Shown: in pieces, positions 1 to 12,735 of the stretch | How positions within the stretch are numbered: the first letter of the stretch is position 1 | Layout of the letters: the number at the start of each line of letters is the position of its first letter | NCBI GenBank assembly: GCA_963828525.1 | Contig: CAWHEP010000014.1 | Coordinates: forward strand, 256,001-320,000 | Origin: an uncultured Verrucomicrobiae bacterium | GTDB taxonomy: Bacteria; Verrucomicrobiota; Verrucomicrobiia; Chthoniobacterales; Chthoniobacteraceae | Length of the DNA: 64,000 nt | Direction of reading: 5' to 3' | The notes under the pieces: model-generated | Told to the model about the DNA's origin: nothing | Databases searched by the model: none | The model's input: the letters and a program-made list of their open reading frames with translations, nothing else | Translations under genes and position numbers: made by a program

Positions 1-270
1 CTGGCAATCCATCATATGAGAGAGCCACGTCAGCGGGTGCCAGTTCGCCCCGTGAAAGCTGGTGAAGGCCCACCAGACCCCCGCCCATGTCACCCCCAGC
101 CGGACATGAGGATTGTCGGTGACGTAAACCGGGTCGTCATAACTGACGAACCCATTGTTAAGTGCCGGAAGAAAACAGAGGAGAGCGAGGAAGAAAAGAG
201 AAAGCGCGAAGAGGCAATCCTTTGTGATCCCGCCTTGCGGGACCGGGGTAGATTCCCCGGGCGCTCTCAC
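1..270 (-). CDS. TMTC-like membrane glycosyltransferase (GT-C fold)/TPR protein, N-terminal part; runs off the window edge
   Basis: Not in the ORF track. Manual translation from GTG at 270 gives MRAPGE...FALSLFFLALLCFLPALNNGFVSYDDPVYVTDNPHVRLG...NWHPLTWLSHMMDCQ: a TM helix followed by the FxxYDD..Y..N and NWHPLTWLSH motifs typical of TMTC-like proteins. The start overlaps the Sel1 gene stop (GTGA). Confidence 0.8.
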   Translation of the reverse strand, partial: MRAPGESTPVPQGGITKDCLFALSLFFLALLCFLPALNNGFVSYDDPVYVTDNPHVRLGVTWAGVWWAFTSFHGANWHPLTWLSHMMDCQ

Positions 271-1139
271 TTCTTTGGCTGCAATTCCTCAGCAAGCTTC
301 CTTCCCTTCTCCATCTGCTCGTCGGTGATCTGAGTCTTATACTCTTTCAGAAGATGATCTGCCATCACCGTTCCTTTTCTGGAACTCAGCGTTAACCATG
401 CGCTCGCTTTCACGAAATCTTTCTCAACACCTTCTCCCCGCAAATAAAATCTTCCCAGATGGCATTGCGCCTGCGCGTCTCCCTGCCTGGCCGCTTTTTC
501 GAACCAGTCCGCTGACTTTAAGAGATCCGCCTTCACGCCAAACGCGTGCCAGTAAATGAGTCCAAGGTTTCTCTGGGCGGACACGCTCCCCTGGTTGCCT
601 GCCTTCTCATACCATTCAACCGCCTTGGTCGGATCCTTCGTGACCCCTTGGTCGCCGAAATAGTAAGTCTCCGCCACTTTTTCAGTGGACTCGGCCAGCC
701 CTTGTTCCGAGGCCTTTTTGAACCACTCCAACGCCTGCGGCACGTCTTTTGGAATCCCGTTTCCGGCGTAGAGCAGCCGCGCTAGATTTTGCTGGCCAAA
801 ACTGGAGCCTTGCTCCGCCGCCTTCCGATACCATCTGGCAGCCTCCGCTTCATCGCGCGTGACCCCTTTGCCATTCGCGAATGCCGATCCCAAATTGTTC
901 TGCGCCTTCGCGTTTCCTTGCTCCGCCGCCTTCCGGAACAGCGCGACCGCCTTGACGTCATCCTGCGGCACTCCCTCCCCATGCGCGTAGTGGCGTCCAA
1001 GTTCAAACTCCGCGCCCGCGTCCCCCTTGTCAGCTGCGGCCTGAAGCGCCTTCATATCCGGAGCCTCCCCATGAACAGGGATACACGAAAAACCAAGCGT
1101 CAGGCAAACGGCGGAACAGAGGAGGGATCGCATTGCCAT
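267..1139 (-). CDS. Secreted Sel1-like repeat protein
   Basis: N-terminal signal peptide followed by about 7 repeats of the type A.QG...AQ.NLG..Y..G.GV..D...A..W..KAA. Confidence 0.92.
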   Translation of the reverse strand: MAMRSLLCSAVCLTLGFSCIPVHGEAPDMKALQAAADKGDAGAEFELGRHYAHGEGVPQDDVKAVALFRKAAEQGNAKAQNNLGSAFANGKGVTRDEAEAARWYRKAAEQGSSFGQQNLARLLYAGNGIPKDVPQALEWFKKASEQGLAESTEKVAETYYFGDQGVTKDPTKAVEWYEKAGNQGSVSAQRNLGLIYWHAFGVKADLLKSADWFEKAARQGDAQAQCHLGRFYLRGEGVEKDFVKASAWLTLSSRKGTVMADHLLKEYKTQITDEQMEKGRKLAEELQPKK

Positions 1140-1222
1140 GTCTGTACGATGAGCGCCAAAAACGCTCAAGTTACAATTTGGAAACAGATTCCCCGTTTCC
1201 GTGCCTCGAAACTCGCCCCGCT

Positions 1223-4200
1223 CTACCCTCCGGCGCTGTCCCCGCCTCCGTATCCTAGAACCTCTACTGTAATAATCGATGGGAGATCCTGCGCGCCGGT
1301 CTGCTGCCCGCCGTTGGTCTGTTTGGCGGCGTCGCTGGCCGCGTTCTGTTGCGCCCCCGCCGCGCTGGATGCGGCGGTTAGGCCCGCCAGGTTCGGAGCC
1401 GCCACAGCGGTGACAGGCACCCCGACGGATGCCCCGCCCGCCTGGATGTTGCTTGCGTTGAGGACATGCAAGGCGGCGATATTCAAATTGCCGCTGGAGC
1501 GGATGCCGGCGTCTCCCGCGTCCACGGTGCCGGTCGGAGCGATCAGATCGACATCACCAGGAGGCACCCCAGTGGTGGATTCGAGCACGCCGATTCCGCC
1601 ACCCGTCGCGAGGCCCGCCAGGTTCGTCTGGATGTCTCCGCTCTGCGGATCGACCAGCACTTCCGTGGGAGGCGCGGATTGCACCGTCTTGGAAGACGCT
1701 CCCGCCGCAATGTTCCCGAGACTCGAATAGATCACCTCACTGCCGCCGCGCAGCGTGAATATCCGGAGGTCTCCGACCGTAACGTTCTTCCGGGTGAATA
1801 TATTGATGTTCCCGCCAGCCTGCGTGAAGATTCCCTGGTTTGGCGGATCCTGGAAAGGCGCGGTCCCAAAGTCGAGGTCGAGTTCTCCTCCGGGGGCGGC
1901 GATATTCACGTCACCGCCGTTGATCGTCTTGATCTCGCGGGCATCCAGCGTGATGTCGCCTGTGCCAGGGGTTGGGAACAAATCAGCGATGGCTCGCATG
2001 CTCGCGTTGTAGTTATTGAAGCCCGGGCTCGTCGAAATCGAGTGGTCTCGTCCAGCGTCCCTGAGTGCCAGGTAAAAGATAGCCAGCGCGTCCCCGTTTT
2101 GCTCGCCGGGGGACAACTTCAAAAAGTCGGCATAGATTGCCGCGTCCGATTGCCCGGAAACACCCAGCAGGGTGGCCAGATCGGGAAGGTAGCGCGCCGC
2201 TTCGGTGCCGCCCGTCGGGGGATTGAGAAAGTCTTTTATGAACGAAGCATAGTTTACCGGGCCGGTCCCCGCCGCGACGATCATCCCGGCCCCTGTAAAT
2301 GGAAGGGCGGGGTTCAGCGTATTGCCAATCGTGGTGATTCCAACATGCGTCCCGTCGGAACTCGCCGCTCCGCTTGTCCCGAGATCAAGGTTGCGCGCGG
2401 CGATCACATCCAGTGTGCCCGGCCCGCCGAGCTGTATGTCCCCAGACTCTGGACTCTGTGACTCCGTCTGGAGGATATTGCTCCCGACCTGCGCCGCCTG
2501 GCGCAGCACCGAATTGGCGTCAAACACCTTTAGATCCCGCCCAGCGGAGATAACAGTTATATCGGTCGCCTGGTTATTCTGAAGATAGAGTCCCACATCG
2601 GTGATGTCCGATCCTGCCATGATCCGCGCGGCTTTTGCCGAGAAAAAGCTGAGTCCCGAGATGTTCCCCGCTCCCGCGTACAGATGGATCAGCGAGCTAT
2701 CGCCCGCGTGAAGCAACGCGGAATCATGCAAGGCTTCCTTTGTTTGCAGCACGGCCTGCTGCCCGCTTGTCGCGCCGGAGACGGCGAAAAAGGCGTTGAT
2801 GAATTGCAGGAAGTTCGATGTGGAGTTCGCGAACTGCGTGGTGCCCGGTTTGAAGAGCGATTGATACGCGAACGGAAGCGTGATCTCGGGGACAGACGCG
2901 GGATTGGCATCGGAAACGTTGATAGATCCCGCGAGCCACGTGGTGGATGTCAGCCCGTTCACCGTGGTAACACCGGCCGGCTGGAGCGCGTTGATTGCCC
3001 CTTTCGCAAGCAGGTTCAGATTTCCGCGCGGCCCCGGAGTCAGCGTCAGGTTCCCCACGAGGTTGATGTCGCTGGAGAAGGCGGTCACGTCCATCGTCGC
3101 GGGAGAGAGCGCCGACACCGTGCTGAACGTGTTCACGTTCGTCTCGACCGTCCTCAACCACGGTTGGTAGAAGGAAGCAGTGGAGCCTCCAGGCCCCAGA
3201 ACAAACTGGCTTTGCAGCCACGCTTCCACCATCGGGTAACTGCCCGGAATGTCGCTCACTTCGTTTTCAGCAAGCGTCACCGCGCCGGTGAGCGCGCTTA
3301 CGGCCACCTTATCCGCTGGCGAGTAAGTTGAGAAATACGTCTTGTCCCAGATCGAGTTGCCGATCCCCTGTGGCAGAAGGAAAGGATTGGCAACCGGGCC
3401 GAAACGGACACTGCCGCCAGCGCTCACATCGAAACTGCCTTTGCCCAGAAAGAGAGTGGTCGGCAGCCACGTCTCCGGGGCGAGGGGAGCCTCTTCCTTG
3501 ATATTCGTCAATGAAGGCGACCGCGTGCCGTTCGTGAGAATATTGCGAGTGGCGCTTAACACTCCCGCTCCTCGCTCGACATAGTAAACGCCACCGTTGA
3601 TGTCTCTCCCGGCGCGAACAGTGAGGTCGCCACCGCCGAGTTCGACGAGCGCGCTCGGCGTTTGGCGCGCCCTTCGGCATCCGGGCATTGGTCGCCGCTA
3701 TAGCGTCCACATTCATCACGTCGTTGCCAGCGGAAAGACTCACATTACCGCCTCCAAGCGTCCCGACTCCTTCAAAAAAGTTGCTGAAGTCCACCCACCA
3801 TGTCGTGGAGGCGATATCCCCCCACTTTGTGGCGCCAAACTGGCCGTTCGCCGCGACAAACCCGCGTCGGTAGAGCCAGCTATCCGGTAGTTGACGCTCG
3901 GAATCCTGAACGAAGATCCCCCTGTCATTTACCCCCTCGTGCTCGATATTCCCGTGCGCCACCAGCGCCACGTCTCCCCCGCCGGAGCTGTATTGCGCGG
4001 GGTAAAGCGGGTTGCCCCGGGGATCGTTGACAATGGGCACATCGAAGCTCCCGCCGTTGGTCGCGTCTGCTACCCTTGCCCCCGCCGTGTAGATTGTTGC
4101 GAACGGGTTAAGCAAAACGAGATCGCCTCCCGAGTTCACATTCACCGAGCCAACGCCCGTCCGGATCACCTGGTAGTGTCCCGCGATCGCCGTGGCGACG

Positions 4201-7200
4201 GTGGCTCTCGTCCCGAACGGATTGGAGATATTCCCTCCGGGCACTCCCAGGAAGATCGAACCCGCGTTTGGATCCAACGAGGTGGAACCCTGCGTCGGCA
4301 AGATGCGTTGACGATCCGCCGCCCCGAAATCCGCGCCCGACGTGATCTGGTAGGACCATGAGCGTTGCGCGGTTCCATCGGCAAACCGGGGAAGCAGCGT
4401 CTCCAGATAGAACGCCGTGTTCTGCTCTACATCCAGAGGAACGTCGCCCGCGCTGTCGCCGAATCCATCATTCAGGAGACCGTTGAAAAAGATCGACCCC
4501 GCGGCGCGCAGGGTGAGGATTCCCGGCTCGCTGCCAATCGCAAAATTCGCGTTTGGATTGCTCGCGTCCGGCGTGAGTTGTTTCGACGCGCCGAACCGGT
4601 AGGTGGATAAATCCCAGTCGCTGGCAAGTGTAAGGCTGCCCGTGGCGTTGATGATTTCCGCTCCCGGTTCGATGTGTGAGATTGAAGCCAGCGCCGCGCC
4701 ATCTCCATTCCCCGCGAAAAGGCGGGTCGAAATCGCGCCGACGTTTGCCGCGGATGCAAACGTCTGCCCGTTCGCCATAACGTTTGCCTCTTGGTTGTCG
4801 ATTGAACCGTCGGCGGAGGCGTCGAAAATCTGGTAGCCCTCGACCACGATGCTGGACGCGTTCACGATTGCGCCGTTGATGGGGGCCACCGCGAGATCAC
4901 TCGAAGATGCATTTTGCGGCGCGCGCAAATGCAGGGTTCCGCCAGCGCTTCCCGCAACCGACAGATCGACGCGCGATCCAGATTGGATATCGACCTGGCC
5001 GCTGCCAGCGACCCCGTTCGCTTCTGACCCAGCTTCCAGGGACACGCGCCCGCCTTCATCCGCGCTGTTGAATCCCTTTCCGGCCGCCGTTAAAACGGAG
5101 CCGGTAGCAAGAACCACATCCTTGCTCGCTGCGAGGTCGATGGAACCACCCGTCGCGCCGGAGGCATCGATGATGCCATTCACCGTGATGGATCCGGCGT
5201 CCGCCGACAGATCAAACGTTTTTGCCGTCGCCACGCCATCCACCGACACGTCCCCGCTCCTGTACTCGGATGGAGCGCGATAGCGTGAATCCGTCGGCAT
5301 TGAGTTTTTGATCCAGCGCCCCGAGGCTGGCCAGCGTTCCCACATCGAGCGTGAAGGAACCATTCTGGCCTCCCGCCCCGGCAATGCCCGAAAGCCTTCC
5401 CGCAAGCCCGAGAACGCCACCTGGCGCGGAGATGGAAACACTTCCCGCGTTTCCGCCTCCCACTGGCCCGCTTACGTTCAGGAGCGCTCCAGCCGCCACG
5501 TTCACGCTTCCCGCGTCAGCTACAAGATTGATCTGGCCACCGCTCGTAAACTTCAAAACATCGAAGACTTCAGAGGTCAAGCCGTTCACATTCACGCCTC
5601 CTCCCACCGTGACATTCCCGGTGAGCGCGCGCAGGGAAACGATTCCGCTTGGAAGATCGATGTTTCCGTCATCGATGACGCTCGAACCCGCGAAACTGAG
5701 ACTTGCTCCCAGTCCGCCGGCGATCTGAGCCGCGTTGCGTTTGGATGCCTGGATGTTAACCCCGCCTCCCGCCGTGAAACCGTAATTGGCGGCCGATGCG
5801 CCGGTAATGTCCGCGCTTGAAAGGCTAAGATTGCCCTGCGCAGCCAAAGCGCCCGAACTCTGCGCGAGGATTGCCCCGGTTGCGGCAAGCCGCAGACTCC
5901 CGTACTGATCCACGCTTACCGGATTGGCTCCGAGCCGGATAGTGTTCGCGTCAAACACAAGCGCCCCTTGCGGATCAAACGTCGTAGAGCCGGGTGTGCT
6001 CCCGGAAGCGCTATTGTCCAACAGGATGCTCCGCGCGGCAAAAGTCACCGCGCCCGCGCCTGTATTGAATCCCCGAATCTCCGCCGTATGCAGCGCGAGG
6101 CTGCCGACGGAAGCGAGTGAGCCGACGTTCCCGGTCCCGTAGATATCGATGGAACTGTAGCTCAACAGGGAGAGAGCCTGCGCCGAGGTCTCCAGGCTCT
6201 TTAAAGCCGCTCCCGAAAGGATGAGGCCCGAGGTGGGTTTGCCGGATTCCAGGACGAGGGCTCCCGGATTGTTTAATTGTAGGCTGATCTGGCCGCTGTC
6301 CAGATTCACCGCTGAGCCTTTCAAGATTGCCCGCGAGCTCAGGTTGGTCGCATGGGTGGAGTCCAGCGTCACGCTGGCGCCTGAGATCAGCGCGCCTGCC
6401 GCCACCGTCATCGTCGGGACAGTGGAGGTGTCCACCCCGGTTCGGGCGATTCGCGCGGAAGGATCACTCCCGACACGGAGCAAAACGCCATCGCCGCTTC
6501 CCGCGATCTTGGAATCGCCAATCAGAAGAGTCTCCGCTGGAGAAGAAGCAGCGCCGGAACCTTCGACTTCCGACCCTGCGTCCACCACCAGACTCTTCTT
6601 GGCGACGAGGATCACGTCCTCTCCGGAAAGAGGCGATCCCGCGTTATCCACAGTGATACTATTCGTCGTGACAGAAACCTCCGTTCCGTTGGAGCCAATC
6701 GTCCGCAGCCCGCCAATCAGGAGGCTCGCGGCGTTGAAACTGCTGAGTTCCGTGGCATTCAGCACCAGTTCGTTTGCGCGACCCGGGATGTTTGCTGACG
6801 CGATGAGGATGTCGTTGGGGCTGCTGATGTCCACCAGCCCTCCCAGACCACCAGCGGGAGCTTGGGAAAGAACCGTTCCCTGGATCGCCAGGCCTTTCGT
6901 CGCCTGAAACACGAGTTGGCCAGCGTCGATCGGAAGGCGGGGCACATTGATATTGTTCTGAACAGCCTTCGAAGCAAGGAAGGCATTGGCGAAGGTGTTA
7001 TCGTATTCCGCCCTCGAGCGGACGACAGATTGCGGGTCAACCTCAAACAGCGATTGCACCGGCCCTTTTGGATTGAAAGCGTTGAATGAGTAGCCGGAAA
7101 CGACGCTCGATCCGTTCGGATTCTGTATGCTCTGCACAGGGGTGCCGCTAACAGGCGTCACCAGGAACGCCCCGGGCAGCAAAGCGTAGCGGGCGGGAAG

Positions 7201-10200
7201 AAGCGTGTACGCGCCAGCGGGAAGGCCGTTGCTAGCCTGAAGGAATACCTGTGTTCCGGGAACGAGTTTACTGTTGAAGTACCCCGCGTCCGAGCCGAAG
7301 ACGGAGGCTGTCGAGTTATACTGTCCGAACGGGGCGAACTGGCTCTGAAATCCTGGGATGATCGCGTAGCTCGACGTCGAGTTCAGAATGTCCTTCGTGC
7401 CGCCCAGGCCGCTCACGAACCGGTATGCAAAGAGATCCCCGCCTCCGGCTATGTCGATCACGGAACCCGCCTGCGCGTTGACGGAGACCGCGGAAAGATT
7501 CACCGTCTTTGCAGGCACGCCGTTTGTGAATATGTCCGTGCCCGTCGGATCAATGAACTGCACGCCATTTAGGTTGATGCCGTAGGGAAAGGTGAGAGCC
7601 TTGCCGGTCACCGGATCCACCGCCGACACAGACGTCTGACTGCCTTTCGCCAGAATCAGTTGCCGGGTAGCATCGACAGCTTGACCGGTTATGGGATCAA
7701 TGGGCGCGGTGCCGACCCCATTCCAGCCGAGGTTGATCGCGCCAATCGGAGCCCGCAGGACACCACCCTGTTCAATTACCGATCCATGGACGTCGAGCAC
7801 CCCGCCAGCCGATAGGGGCAGGCTTTGGCGTCCTGCCGCGGCGAAAGTCACCGTGCCCGGCTGGTCTTTACCCCCAGCCATGTAGTCGTAGGCGTTGATG
7901 CTGAAGATTGTCGCGGTGGGAGGGTAGATTTGACTCGCGACCATCTCAATCTGGCCCGCGATGTCCAACGTCCCGTCGCCTCGAATATCCCCGCCTTCGG
8001 CGATCAAGCTCGCTCTGCCAATCCCCTGTAGAGAGAGTGTGCCGACGTCGATGAGCTTGGCGATCACTGTCAGGCTGCCCGCGCCGTGTTGTGGCGGCAC
8101 GGACACGGTGGTCTGGTTGCCGTTCGCGTCAGGAACGATGAAAGGGCTTGTTTGCTCCTGGATGGTCTGGGGCTGGAGAAAAGCTTGCCCCAGCTTTACA
8201 TAAGGGGCTTGGAGGGTGACAGGCGCGTTTGCGAACAGCACTCCTGAGTCGGCCACCGTGATGCTCTCCGTTGTCGCGATGCTCACGGGGTTCACGAATC
8301 CGACCGTGCCCTTCAGGTTCAGCGAAGCAAAGCCGCCAGGAGCAAAGCTGCTGACAGCGATATGTCCAAACCCCGTAGCGGGTTTTCCGTTCGCCAGCAG
8401 CACGGCCCTGCCAATGGCGGTTGCTCCACCGCTCGCGGGCTGGGCCGCGATCGTCGGTCCGTTTTGCGTGACCTGTAATGTCACGTCGGTTGGCAGGAGA
8501 AACTCGCTCGTCGGATCCGCGAGGAATCGCGAGGAGGACACGGTCAGACTGCCGCCCAAAGTTTCCGGTCCGCCGGCTTTCCCAACCAGTGTTGCGTCCG
8601 AAAAGAGCTCCTGGCCGCCACGGAGGGTAATCGCGCCCGCGTTGCTTTCCACATGGGTCGGCACGAGCACCGATCCACTCGTTGAAGTATCGGTGGCGGC
8701 AGTATTTACAAGCGTCGGCGCTTCAAACAGGGTGTCGCTCGCTCCGGAGACATCCAATCTCGATCCCGCTTCCGCCACGATATTGCCAGCCACTGTAATC
8801 GTCCCTCCGGGAAGCACCTTTCCTGTGCGGAAATTCCGCGGGTCGGGAGTCAGAGCTGTCGCGCCGGCGGTCGACAGCAGGCTCTGCGAGCCCAGCTCAA
8901 CCGTTGCCAGCGGATTTACCGACGAAAGAAGATTGGCGAAACTGGGCGATCCCTGCACCGCGATTGTGCCGCCCGGGGCGATGATCGATCCAAGCTCCGC
9001 CACGGTCTGCCCCACGATGGACACTCCGTGGGTAGGATTGGTCTGAGGGTCGGTCTGGATGATTGATCCAGCGCCAACCACGATGTCGCCCCTGACCAGG
9101 AGCGTTTTCGTGAACGTATCGTTCACGCCCGGCGCGCTAAAAGAGAGATTCACCGGAGAGCGCTCGCCGGCAGGCATCGAAATAGGCGAAAGCGCAAGCC
9201 CACCCCCCTGCGTCGGCATGAAGATCGCTCCCTCGGCGATGGGACGGATGACTGTTCCGGGCGCTACAACAAGCGCGGGCAGGAACTGATTAGCCTTCGC
9301 GGGGTTGGGTGAACCGATCCCCGTCAGAGAAAAACTAGAGAACCCTCCCTCACTGAAGAATGCGGGAGACAGCGCGAGCGTGTCAGGCACGGTGGACTGT
9401 CCTCCGACTTGGATGAATGGCGCGGTGATACCTACCGACCCCCCAGCCGCCCCTGAGAATCCCAAAAGTTTTGAAGCCAGGACAAGTTGTCCGCCCGTCT
9501 TCTTGCTGAACAAGAGCGAAGCGATCTCCGGATCAGCGCCCGTCTTCACCAGGATGCTCCCCCCGTTTCCATAGATGATCTTGGAGCGCGTCCGATTGTT
9601 AGGCGTCTGCGAACCTCCCGCCGCCGTCGCTTCGAATCCGCCCGACACGTCTATGGTGCTGCCCCCGCGCAACTGCGCCCCGTACGCGCTGATCGCCACC
9701 GAGCCGCCTTGGGTAATCAGAGGCAGTGTATCGGGTGATGTCACTAGACCCCGGTCATCCACGATGAGCCCAGCGGTGCTGAGAGAGGCTCGCGAACCGA
9801 GTGTAAAGTTTCCGCGAATCGCGCTTGCCGCCGGAGTCGTGGAAGCTTGCTCCTGGCTGAGCGTCTGGAACGAAAAGGGAGAGAAATTGAACGAGGTAAA
9901 GCTGAGGCTTCCTCCGGGCGCGGTGACCGAACCTTCTACGTCGATATTTGCCGCTGACAGGTTTATGGAGCCGCCAGCCTCCGCGCTTAGGTTGGCGCCG
10001 GGAAGGACTGTGATGCTCCCGTCTCCATTGTTGATCGAGAGCGTCGAAAATCCATCCGTGCTGGCAAGGTCGGCCGAGAGGAAGACATTCGCGCGCCGGC
10101 TCGCGCTAAGCGGGGGAGCGTTCCCGAGGCTGTCAACGTGGAAAGGAGCAGCCGCGGGTTGCAGATTGCCACCGTTGCCAAACACCACCGCTGGCGGCGT

Positions 10201-12614
10201 GGGAGATACGTTGGTATTCAGTCCCTTCTGAGCCTCGAAAGTGAGCGCGAACGAACTGGAAGAGGGAACGCCCAGAACAGCCTGCACCGTCTGCAATACG
10301 GTGGAATCGCCAAATACGGCATTGATCGCGGAAGCGGAATTTCTCTGCTGCGGGCCCGCCACCGTGTTCCCGAGCATCCTGCCGTCCAGCGCCGTGGACG
10401 GCGCGGTGATGGCAATGGAGCCGCCAGCGCCTCCCTGGGTGTAGCCTTGTTCGAAGTGCGCGCCATCAAGAGTAAGCGCTCCCGTGAACGTGTTCGAGAT
10501 TCCCCAGCGCTCATGCGTGGTGGTGAATTGCCCGGTGTAGATGCCGTCGTAAACCAGATCAGGGCTTGCCTGCGAGATGTCGTAGAGGATGCCGCCGGAC
10601 TGAACCCTCGTTGTCTGAACGATTCCTCCCTGGAAGTCTATTGATCCTCCAGACACATTCACGATCGATCCCGGCTGCGCGACGACCGAACCGCCCGCCG
10701 TGAGAGAAACCGATCCGCCGTTCGTGGTGAGTTCGCCAACCGAGCGTTGAATCAGATTCACAAACCCAGCGGTGTCCGCGAGAGGAGTTCCCACCCACGC
10801 CTGTCCCTTCGAGAGACCCGTCTGGCGGATATCGATTTGTACCGTCTTGCCCCGAAGCAGCCCGTTCCGCTGCAAAGGCGAATTCTCCAATTGCGGCCCA
10901 CGCAATTGCACCGGGACGATGTTTTCGTCTACAGAAGCCGCCACCCCGGCCGATCCTGCCACGTTGATCTCCGCGTTCCCATCCAGATAGATTTGTCCGG
11001 TGGAATTCTGGAAAAAATATTGTCCGCTCGAAAGCAGGTAGGCTCCGGCGTTCAAGGTGACGCCGGACACGAGCGATTCACTAGTTTCGCTTCTTGGGGC
11101 GTTCGAGCCAATACCCGACGGGATCGCGGCCCCCGGCGCGAGCAGCGTCGCTCCCGCTGCCATGTGGATGTCTCTGCCCTCGATGTCAACGAGAGACGGC
11201 AGCGCGAGTTGAGTTCCCACGACCTTTGCCGTGCTGGCCAGATCCGGCAGAATTTGGCTTACGCTGTTTGGACCCAGAGTCACAACACCGGTTTGCGATG
11301 GTTCAAGAGCGAAGATGTTGCCCGGAACCTTTAGGCGCTGTGTGCCATAATCGGCGATAAGGTCGATACGCCCATTGGAAGCCACGGAAGTGGCGCTGTT
11401 CACCCCGCCCAATTGATTCACCGTCTTCCCCGCGATCGTCACGTCCCCTTCCGGAATTTCGATCAGGCCGGAACTGGTCGCCACGCCATCCGTCTTGCCA
11501 ACGGTTCCGATTTGCACATCCAGGCCGCGCAAAGTCGGATCCTTCTCGGCGTGGGCCGAAAAACCCACCTGCTCTCCGGCAGCCAAAATCGTCTGCCCAT
11601 CGGGAGTCGAGATCGTCCCGGCGTTCGTCACATTTGGCCCGATTAGGGCAACCCTGCCGCCCACGTGATCCGCGCTGGTCGGGCTGGATAGGCGCGCCCC
11701 GCGAGCGCCACCACGTTTCCATCCCGCCCGCCCGGCGTGTTCGGCGCTGCTGGCGGGGTGAAAGCGGGGGTCGTGCCATTCGGGAGCAGCGGGATCGTGA
11801 TGGAAGAAAAGAGGAACTGGAGATCCGGGTTATTCAGCAATCCACGGCTCACCAGGTTGTCGTTAATCGGCAGCGAAGAGGCCACCAGCGCGTGCGTATT
11901 TACCTGGCTCGCTCCTCCAAAGATGATCCCATTCTGGTTGATCACATAAACCTGGCCCGGAGCCTCGATGGATCCCAGTATCTGTGATGGCGAGCCGGAC
12001 GGATCCGTAATCTTATTGAAGACAATCCATTGCCCAACGTTTTTGCCGCCCGCGCTCTGGTCGAAATCCAGGGTCGTTTTGCTGCCGACATTGAAAGTCT
12101 TCCACGAGAGGAGCGCCTGTTGCGCAGTTTGCTTAATATCGACCGTCGTCGCCCCACCTATGGTGGACTGGGTCGGCTTGTTTGCTCCCTGCCACTGCGA
12201 CGCGCTGAAACCAGACGGTTGCAGCCCGCCGATCGCAATGCCGTTTGGCACCGCGGGGAGGCGCTGTCCGGGTTTGTTTGGGTTTGGCCCGAGGTTTGAT
12301 TGACCTTGCGCGGCAGCGCGCGCCGCCGCCTGCATGGCCTGCATCGCTGCAAGCGCGTTTGTGGTGCGCGCGAGTGTGTCCAGCGCGTTCGCCCTCTCTT
12401 GGTTGGTAGCCGGGGGAGTTGTGCCGATGGATCCCGCTGTATGGCGGGGGGACGAACTCCCGCCCGCGCCTCCGCGCAGGAGGTCCCCTGCGCTACTCGG
12501 CTGCGCCGCGAGCCCAATCGCCGCGCCCAGCGCGATCACCCCTTGCCGCCACCAGCGGGCGCGCGCCTTCGGATGCCAAAACTTGGAGGGCGGCTGGCTG
12601 GGATGCGCTTTCAT
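1223..12614 (-). CDS. Giant filamentous haemagglutinin-family (TpsA-like) exoprotein with C-terminal DUF3739-type domain, ~3,800 aa, split by about 3 frameshifts
   Basis: Four consecutive ORFs (11643-12614, 5212-11664, 3309-5441, 1223-3688) share G/S/T/A-rich beta-helix composition. N-terminal signal peptide and TPS domain (QQALLSWKTFNVG, VYVINQNGIIFG). C-terminus GDVDLIAPTGTVDAGDAGIRSSGNLNIAALHVLNASNI...PSIITVEVLGYGG. Confidence 0.88.
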
Positions 12615-12735
12615 CGTTAGATCGTTTTTGGGGCGATTTGAACCTTGTCGGCATGGGGCGGGCGAGGATAGTCCGCCCGCCTTGAAAGCGCAAATGGAAG
12701 AGGCGCTTTTAGGCCCCTTTTTTAATTCCCGGCGA

